Of a DNA stretch of 7,014 nt, positions 1-6,447 are shown piece after piece. The stretch is from Octopus sinensis (lineage: Eukaryota), in assembly GCF_006345805.1 (NCBI RefSeq), contig NW_021829078.1:1-7014 (forward strand), given 5' to 3'. Made by a program: the position numbers and the translations under genes. Below the pieces are notes generated by a model. That model saw only the letters and a list, made by a program, of their open reading frames with translations, did no database searches and had not been told where the DNA came from. Positions within the stretch are counted from its first letter, which is position 1. The number at the start of each line of letters is the position of its first letter.

Positions 1-495
1 AGCGTCACAGTGATGAAGGATAACGAACTTTGGTTAAAATTGTTTGTGACATAATTTAACTTCTAAGGGCAAATTCATCGCAGTTAACGTGGAGAAAAAG
101 GTTCTCTCTTGTGATAAGGGGTGTAAAAACACCATATCTACCTAGTTCTTATACTTTATAAAATATACACGTGTTTCCATAAATTAACTGACAGGATTAC
201 ATAATTTATTATAAAAACAGTATATAATTTTACAAAATTAAACCTCCTCAGTGTTCAGCAAGATACAAAGAACAATGTTAAGTGCTCAGTATACATTACC
301 ATTATACAAATTATTAACAACATTAAAGGAATGGCTGGATCTATGGCGCAGTGAAAAATGATAGAAACAAACAGAACACGCAAGTTCGAAGCAACATATT
401 TTCACATCTAAACAGCCTGATACACTTACACTCACAATCATTTCCATCGAATACAACAGAGACGAGAGAATATACATATATATGTATGTATACGT

Positions 496-806
496 GGAGG
501 CGCAATGGCCCAGTGGTTAGGGCAGCGGAATCGCGGTCATAGGATCGCGGTTTCGATTCCCAGACCGGGCGTTGTGAGTGTTTATTGAGCGAAAACACCT
601 AAAGCTCCACGGGGCTCTGGCAGGGGGTGGTGGCGATCCCTGTTTTACTCTTTCGCCACAACTTTCTCTCACTCTTTCTTCTGTTGGCCTGCTCGCTTAG
701 CCAATGGGGTGGCGTCATTTGAAGGCTAAAACAATGCGAAACGCATTGTGACCAGCGATGTGTAGCAACATCTGATAGCCTGGTCGGTCACGGTGATCAC
801 GGTGAT
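496..806 (+). mobile_element. tRNA-derived SINE, apparently full length (family 1 head)
   Basis: A-box TGGCCCAGTGG (506-516) and B-box-like GTTTCGATTCC (550-560) at tRNA-like spacing; no acceptor-stem pairing, so not a tRNA gene. GC-richer body of ~310 bp ending in a tandem 9-mer tail (TCACGGTGA)x2 at 788-805. The head is shared with the element at 2504. Confidence 0.85.
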
Positions 807-830
807 GTACGTATACATACTGGTTATAAA

Positions 831-869
831 TATATATATATGTGTGTGTGTGTGTATATATATATATAT
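831..869. repeat. Compound microsatellite (TA)5(TG)7(TA)7
   Basis: Read directly from the sequence. Confidence 0.95.
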
Positions 870-1140
870 TAGACAAAATGAGGTTACAAAACCAAGGCTG
901 TGGGGAGTTTTCAGGACAATTATACGGAAAATATATAGATATAGCCTTACAGCTGTTTCTGGGATGTTATGGATATCCCTTCATCAGAGACGATGCGAGA
1001 TGGTTAGATAGAGGGAAATATTTGAGTTAGAAATAAGGAATTATTATGGAAAAGGAGGAGATAGGGGAATATGGAGGGAAATAAGAGAATGAAAGTAGTA
1101 ATAAAATATAAAATATATAAAGATATTGTAGTTCAGTTCT

Positions 1141-1373
1141 ACTATTCGAGGAAAGTGGTGTATAGAAGTGGTAAAAAAGTTTCCTGTACATGGTATGTAA
1201 GTTCCAATAGCAGTTCATGTTTAGTCATTTTAAAGTATGGAGCCGTGGATCCTGTGTTGCTTATTCGAAAAGGCCCATATTTTGAAATGACTAACATGAA
1301 ATACTATTAGAGCTTACATACAATGTACAGGAAACTTTTTTACCATTTCTATACACCATCTTCATCGAATAAT
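1141..1373. mobile_element. Long imperfect inverted repeat (fold-back / MITE-like element)
   Basis: 1141-1244 matches the reverse complement of 1272-1373 at 90 of 104 aligned positions by hand alignment (12 mismatches, 2 single-base gaps), including a perfect 23-bp run at 1169-1191; 27-nt loop. TA at 1143-1144 and 1370-1371 could be a TA target-site duplication but cannot be separated from the inverted repeat itself. Confidence 0.75.
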
Positions 1374-1536
1374 GCTGGCGTGTTCGGAGGCGTTGTTGTT
1401 GTTATATGCGTTACAGATATAGACGCAAACACATAAATAGATAAGGATGCACACCACAGAAAGACAGAATGGAGTAAACAGAACAGTAGGAAACACGTGG
1501 GATGGAGAGTCACTGAAGAGGTCACAGGATATGTAA

Positions 1537-1578
1537 CCAGACAATGGACATAAAATTTCCAGACAATGGACATAAAAT
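1537..1578 (+). repeat. Local tandem duplication, 22-bp period
   Basis: CCAGACAATGGACATAAAAT occurs exactly at 1537-1556 and 1559-1578. Confidence 0.95.
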
Positions 1579-1653
1579 ATGAACAATAATAAACAAGTGG
1601 AGAACATGTGTTTATTTGGCAAGAAAAAATTACCATTCCGAAATATAATACGA

Positions 1654-1710
1654 TGTGTGTGTGTGTGTGGTGTGTGTGTGTGTGTGTGTTGTGTGTGTTG
1701 TGTGTGTGTG
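1654..1710. repeat. Interrupted (TG)n microsatellite
   Basis: Read directly from the sequence. Confidence 0.95.
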
Positions 1711-1813
1711 TTTATTTCTTTTTAATTTAATGTTAGTGTTGCTTAATATGTTTTGCTAAAATTGCTGTTTCTTTCCAGATATCATCAGAAAAATGTAAAT
1801 AAGATTCATTAAA
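1711..1813 (+). mobile_element. Probable 5' non-coding part of the Tc1-like element, with a splice-acceptor-like signal
   Basis: AT-rich leader directly upstream of the transposase ATG; TTGCTAAA...CTGTTTCTTTCCAG ends at 1778. The left boundary is uncertain because it abuts the (TG)n tract. Confidence 0.45.
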
Positions 1814-2059
1814 ATGACAGATCTGTCGGACTTTCAAAGAGGCCAAATTGTTGGTGCTCGTATGGCAGGCGCTAGCGTAACGAAAACAGCCGAAATGTTT
1901 GGTATCTCAAAAAGTACTGTCTCGAAAGTAATGACAGCCTTTGAGAAAGATGGAAAAACATCCTCGTCGAAACAAAAGTCCGGAAGAAAACCAAAACTTT
2001 CAGATAGGGACCGTCGGATTCTTACGCGATTTGTTAGAAAGGATCACAAAAGTACAGCT
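1814..2059 (+). pseudogene. Tc1/mariner (Tc1-like) transposase, N-terminal DNA-binding fragment, 3'-truncated
   Basis: MTDLSDFQRGQIVGARMAGASVTKTAEMFGISKSTVSKVMTAFEK matches the typical Tc1 paired-like first HTH. It is followed by the GRPR-like linker GRKPKLS and RDRRILTRFVRK, the start of the second HTH. Similarity ends after KSTA (2059). No DDE catalytic domain and no terminal inverted repeat in the window. Confidence 0.92.
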
Positions 2060-2086
2060 CATAGAAGGGACAAACAAGAGTGCCTA

Positions 2087-2122
<36 letters not shown>
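2087..2122. repeat. (ATT)12 microsatellite
   Basis: 12 perfect units. Confidence 0.97.
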
Positions 2123-2466
2123 GAGTGAGAGAGCAGTGCATGCCATCAAAGTGACACTGGGGTAAAATATACGAAGCCCAGTATACCCATCATGACTACC
2201 CGTCCGATAAGGGTACACCAAGCACATGCATCACAACCATATGTGCGCGACATGGTGATCTCATATCAAGATAAACAGCACATGACCTTGCAGGTGGGGC
2301 CCAACTAGAATCTTCTTCTGGTCGAGTAGCCCATCCCGCTCAAAAGGTCCCTGAATAAGGGTTGTTTAAGGATGTTGAACGAAACACTCATATTTCCAAA
2401 GGTGAATTATTCAAACCCCAAAGAATCCCTCTCAACACATGGCTATGATGCTCCCCCACTACTTCT

Positions 2467-2470
<4 letters not shown>
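2123..2470 (-). mobile_element. Retroposon-like segment (probable 5'-truncated non-LTR 3' end or non-autonomous partner) with an (AAT)n tail
   Basis: 348 bp of complex sequence, GC-richer than its surroundings, sharply bounded by (ATT)12 and (ATT)9. The minus strand ends ...GCATGCACTGCTCTCTCACTC-(AAT)12. It resembles an abundant octopus interspersed repeat as I recall it (unverified). No long ORF and no Pol III boxes in this part. Confidence 0.6.

Positions 2471-2497
<27 letters not shown>
2471..2497. repeat. (ATT)9 microsatellite
   Basis: 9 perfect units. Confidence 0.97.
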
Positions 2498-2498
<1 letters not shown>

Positions 2499-2503
2499 AA
2501 CTA

Positions 2504-2793
2504 GGACGCTTGTTTTAGTGGTTAAAGTGTTGCACTCTCGATAGCAAGATCGTCGTTTCAATTCCTAGACCGGGTGGTACATTGTATTCTTGAGCAAGTC
2601 ACTTCATCTCACTGCAATTATTTTGACATCTGACGCGTGGCACACCTATGCACCTGTTCGCAAAAACATCGATTTGATGGAGAGAGTGAGCTAATGTGCG
2701 TTACGAACATTTGATCGCTATAAACAAATCCTTTGTGGAGGTCGTTCGTCAAAAAGCTGAACGTTCATACGTCGTTGCCGACGGGAGAGTCCA
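2504..2793 (+). mobile_element. Diverged tRNA-derived SINE (family 1 head) with a CORE-like motif and a different 3' tail
   Basis: Degenerate A-box TGTTTTAGTGG (2511-2521) and B-box-like GTTTCAATTCC (2555-2565). 2546-2574 is 24/29 identical to 541-569. CTTGAGCAAGTCACTT (2589-2604) resembles the start of the MIR/CORE domain (CTTGGGCAAGTCACTT). The 3' boundary is approximate. Confidence 0.75.
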
Positions 2794-2805
2794 TCGTTAT
2801 ACATT

Positions 2806-3015
2806 AAAGCGGCGAGATGGCAGAATCGTTGGAGCATCGAATAATATGTCTTGAGGTATTTCTTCGAGGTTTTTAACGTTCTGATTCCTAATCCCACCGA
2901 ATCAACATTCTCTTTCATCCCCCCAGAGGCCGATAAAATAAAGTAAGACTCTAGTAGTGGGGCCGATGGTATCAAGGAATTCCCTTCGCCTCAAAACTGT
3001 TGGCTTCGAGACCGA
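2806..3015 (+). mobile_element. Diverged tRNA-derived SINE (family 2)
   Basis: A-box-like TGGCAGAATCG (2818-2828), decayed B-box near 2883-2895, and central motif CTTTCATCC...GATAAAATAAAGT (2912-2944). These motifs recur at 3041, 6138-6230 and 6325. Confidence 0.7.
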
Positions 3016-3033
3016 ATTATTTATCTCAAGATT

Positions 3034-3195
3034 GGTGTATTGGCAGAATCGTTAGGAGTCTGTTACAATAATTTACAGTGCTTGTTCTGTTACACTGCGG
3101 TCTGGGTTCAAATCCAGCAGAAATCAATTTTATTAGTTTTTTGCTTTGTTTTTTATCATTTCGGGATTTGATTAAATAAGAATTATGTGCTGGAG
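3034..3195 (+). mobile_element. Diverged tRNA-derived SINE (family 2), second copy
   Basis: TGGCAGAATCGTT (3041-3053) is identical to 2818-2830; consensus B-box GGTTCAAATCC (3105-3115); decayed central motif TTTATCATTTCGGG...TTAAATAAG (3152-3180). Confidence 0.65.
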
Positions 3196-3241
3196 TTCAT
3201 ATTTTATTATCCTATTTTCGTTGATCTTCTTTAACTCCATC

Positions 3242-3707
3242 TCAGCCCTGATCGAGCTGAGATATGACCAAAAATATTTTATCCATGACCATCACGTCGT
3301 TTCTTACGGAGAGAACTACATTATCCGGGGTGTTTTGTATGTTTTTGTATTTGGCTGGCAGGATTCTTGATGCGAACTCGTATGCTGAAAAATTTTTTTT
3401 CTTTTTGTTTCTTGGGAGGGCCATTATGCCAATGATAAAAACACGCACTGGTTCTCTTTCATTTCTTTATTTAATTACTTGATTAATTGTTTAGTCAATC
3501 AATCAATCATTTAGGTTCGTCAAAGTTCTTTCGCTGCCATTCACGATCTCAACAATGATATACCCCCTCTACACCAGGCGTCTTTCAAATTTGTCTGCTC
3601 CCTAATTTACAGATTTGAATCCTTATCATATATTTAAAATATTAGGGTATAAATTAAAGAAGATTTGGTTGTTATGTCTAGCAGATCGAGTGACCACGTA
3701 GAAGCTC
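3242..3707. repeat. Dispersed two-module repeat, copy 1 (module X 3242-3293, module Y 3653-3707)
   Basis: Ungapped hand alignment: X matches 6448-6499 at 36/52 and Y matches 6730-6784 at 34/55, with transition-rich differences in Y; same order and orientation in both copies. Confidence 0.6.
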
Positions 3708-3829
3708 TTTCAGTGACGCTTGTCACCTCCTTCACTCTCATTGGCTCAGAGCTAATGCGATTTATGTTGCCCTTGATATTATTATCACCATCATTGTTGA
3801 TAGTTCTCCATCCTCTCTCAATAACACTA

Positions 3830-3832
3830 TGT

Positions 3833-3877
<45 letters not shown>
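3830..3877. repeat. (TG)n microsatellite
   Basis: Read directly from the sequence; one TA interruption. Confidence 0.95.
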
Positions 3878-3878
<1 letters not shown>

Positions 3879-4104
3879 ACGCGTGCGCAATGTTACATTA
3901 CGTGTGCACCGTTTCAATATCAGCAGTGATGCCGCCTTTTTCAATCTCATATTGACTTTAATACAGATTGACAGAGATATAAAAGACAACTATAGACACA
4001 TAATATAGCTATACACATCTACATAGATTAACATATCCATATTCATTCTTATACATATTATAGAGATGCATATCCACACGTTACAACCATCGATAGATAT
4101 GCAC

Positions 4105-4121
4105 ATACTATAGATATATAC

Positions 4122-4209
<88 letters not shown>

Positions 4210-4399
4210 TATAGATATATACATATTTATTGATGATCATATCTGCAAACATACTATACTTTAAATATATATACATGCATATATATGTATATTCATGGAT
4301 AGACATATTTCTAAATGTATCTTTACATAAATACATACATACATATATATATATATATAATATATATGCATTGGGGACCATATATATATATATATATAT

Positions 4400-4434
<35 letters not shown>
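4105..4434. repeat. (TA)n-rich microsatellite block
   Basis: Long (TA)n runs at about 4122-4207 and 4381-4434 with degenerate TA/CA sequence between them. Confidence 0.9.
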
Positions 4435-4435
<1 letters not shown>

Positions 4436-4749
4436 GGTCCTCAATACAAGGCATTATGGTTCTGTGTATGACAATCTTTGTGCAAACTCACAAGTACATA
4501 TTTGTTGATTTCTAAGGGAAATACAAACACACTCGTTCTCTGAACTCCTTTTTATAAAGGCACTTCTCCTGCATTTTCCAAAATATGCATATGTAAATGT
4601 ATATGCATGTTATGCGAATATGCATGTGCGTAGATATGTGTGTGAGCGTGAGATTGTGTGTGCGGGCGCGCGTTTGCGTGTATATATGAATATATAGTGA
4701 TATGAAGATGACTAGATAGCTTTTATATGAGCTAATTTTTACAAGAAAA

Positions 4750-4766
4750 GATCTATATACATATGA

Positions 4767-4811
<45 letters not shown>

Positions 4812-4934
4812 ATATATATATATATATATATAGATATATATATATATATATATGTGCATGTACATATACAAATACATATACACATACAAATAGTATATAT
4901 ATATATATATGTTATATGAATGTGTATAGATATA

Positions 4935-4971
<37 letters not shown>

Positions 4972-5220
4972 GATACATATATATGTCATATGTATGCATT
5001 TTTTATGCATATAAATAATGTGTATGTGTGCATACATATATACGTGCATAGATACATACACATATATGCATATACACACAGGTATATACGTATATATATA
5101 TATATATATATATATCATATATATATATATATATAATTATACATATACATATGTGTGTGTATGTATGTAAGTATCTATGTATTATGCATGTATACACGCA
5201 TGCATATATACATGCATATT
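4750..5220. repeat. Degenerate (TA)n/(CA)n/(TG)n low-complexity block
   Basis: Several (TA)n runs with CATA/TATG interruptions. Confidence 0.9.
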
Positions 5221-5444
5221 TGACATTTGATATTTATAAATTGTATTCGAACTGATTATTGTGCGAGGTTGCGAGCTGTGTATACGTGCGATGATATTAG
5301 GGTAATATTTCTGTGCAAGTCACGCTTCACTATGAGAAATCCATTGACTTCTATCAGAAGGAACCATTTAGAATGGCAACCGCATCAAATGAAAAGAATT
5401 TCTCATTGCACATTTTCAAAAATGAATCCATTGAATCCTTATAA

Positions 5445-5489
5445 TTGTTGTTGTTGTTGTTGTTGCTGCTGCTGCTGCTGCTGTTGTTG
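5445..5489. repeat. Compound trinucleotide repeat (TTG)7(CTG)6(TTG)2
   Basis: Read directly from the sequence. Confidence 0.95.
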
Positions 5490-5569
5490 TTTTTGTTTGT
5501 GCGTGTGTGTGTTAGGGGACAGTGGAAAGGGGTCGTTATCGAAAATAAATGCACACAATATTTGAATAT

Positions 5570-5619
5570 GTATAATATAATATGTATATATATATATATA
5601 TATATTATAATATATTATA

Positions 5620-5672
<53 letters not shown>

Positions 5673-5720
5673 ATATATATATTATAATATATATTTTAAA
5701 CATATATATGTATGTATGTA
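5570..5720. repeat. (TA)n-rich microsatellite block
   Basis: Read directly from the sequence. Confidence 0.92.
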
Positions 5721-5891
5721 TTGTACAAGAATAACTTACTTCCCCTTACGTATGGTTCCTCTTCCTTCTCCTCCTTTTCCTCCTCTCCCTCGTCATCCTC
5801 CGCCACCGCTGCCACAAAGTTCATCTGTAGGGGTTGATTGATTTCTTTTTGTCTTTTTTTTCTTTCTGTTGGTGTTGTTATTGCATGTAGT

Positions 5892-6117
5892 GTGTGCGTA
5901 CACACATACACACACACGCACACATGCACATACATATATATTTATATACACCCATCTATGCACACACACACACACACATATGTATGTTTGTATGTATGTA
6001 TATATGTATATATATACGTATGTAATTCTAATATTTTCATTCAATAAACGGAAATATAGAAATGTGAATGGCTTAAAATACTTAGACGCTTACACACACA
6101 CACACACACACACACAC
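5892..6117. repeat. Degenerate (CA)n/(TA)n block ending in (AC)13 at 6092-6117
   Basis: Read directly from the sequence; includes a short complex spacer at about 6020-6090. Confidence 0.85.
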
Positions 6118-6250
6118 GTGATCTGACAGAAGTACATACCCTGCGAGGATAAAATGTAACGTTGACTTTGGCTTGATTTGAACGGAGATCAGTGATAAAA
6201 TAAGTGCCACTTGGTAGTACTTGGGTCGATCTAATTAACTATAGCTTCCC
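6118..6250 (+). mobile_element. Rearranged family 2 SINE fragment with an internal inversion
   Basis: Possible A-box remnant TGATCTGACAGAA (6119-6131, +). The B-box and first half of the central motif lie on the minus strand (6138-6183). The second half, GATAAAATAAG...TAGTACTTGGGTCGAT, lies on the plus strand (6194-6230). Confidence 0.55.
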
Positions 6251-6324
6251 ATAAATAGTAAAATCAATTAAGCATTCCTTTTATATATATATAAATTTTA
6301 TATATATATATATTATTATATATA

Positions 6325-6425
6325 TTGCGGAATCGTACTGGAGGTATTTAGTTTCGTCCTTGTGGTACAGGGTTCGAATCCCATTAAAGTCAACTTTACC
6401 TTGTAATCTTCCAGGATAGATATAA
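6325..6425 (+). mobile_element. Diverged tRNA-derived SINE fragment (family 2)
   Basis: A-box-like TTGCGGAATCG (6325-6335), perfect B-box GGTTCGAATCC (6371-6381), then AAAGTCAACTTTACCTT, which is homologous to the post-B-box region of the other copies. Confidence 0.65.
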
Positions 6426-6447
6426 CAGTTTATTGTTCAATAACACA

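Noticed and set aside
242-356. Stop-free plus-strand frame TSSVFSKIQRTMLSAQYTLPLYKLLTTLKEWLDLWRSEK*
   Set aside because: It looks amphipathic but is only 38 codons, with no recognisable family, no convincing splice acceptor, and a length expected by chance.
431-442. Two donor-like motifs on the minus strand (GTGAGT and GTAAGT)
   Set aside because: No suitable AG acceptor between them and the upstream low-complexity tract, so no exon can be defined.
496-570. Possible tRNA gene (also 3041-3115 and 6325-6381)
   Set aside because: A and B boxes are present, but there is no acceptor-stem pairing or full cloverleaf, and each continues into a repeat body; these are SINE heads.
793-1310. ORFs 793-1011, 842-1030, 1071-1310 and 1027-1218
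   Set aside because: They begin in microsatellite or lie in the AT-rich hairpin region, and have no recognisable motifs.
1537-1578. CRISPR-like or regulatory direct repeat
   Set aside because: Only two adjacent copies with no spacer, in a eukaryotic context; an ordinary slippage duplication.
4964-4995. 32-bp near-palindrome ATACATATGA...TCATATGTAT
   Set aside because: Built only from TA/CA/TG units within a low-complexity block, where such symmetry is expected.
3665-5197. Numerous YI/CV/HT-repeat ORFs in the supplied track
   Set aside because: Translations of (TA)n, (TG)n and (CA)n tracts, which lack stop codons by construction.
5301-5444. Open frame GNISVQVTLHYEKSIDFYQKEPFRMATASNEKNFSLHIFKNESIESL* after a TAG
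   Set aside because: Protein-like composition, but no pyrimidine tract before the AG and no recognisable homology.
5445-5489. Poly-Gln, poly-Leu or poly-Cys coding repeat or signal peptide
   Set aside because: The minus-strand Gln frame stops two codons later, and the tract is flanked by other microsatellites; a non-coding compound repeat is simpler.
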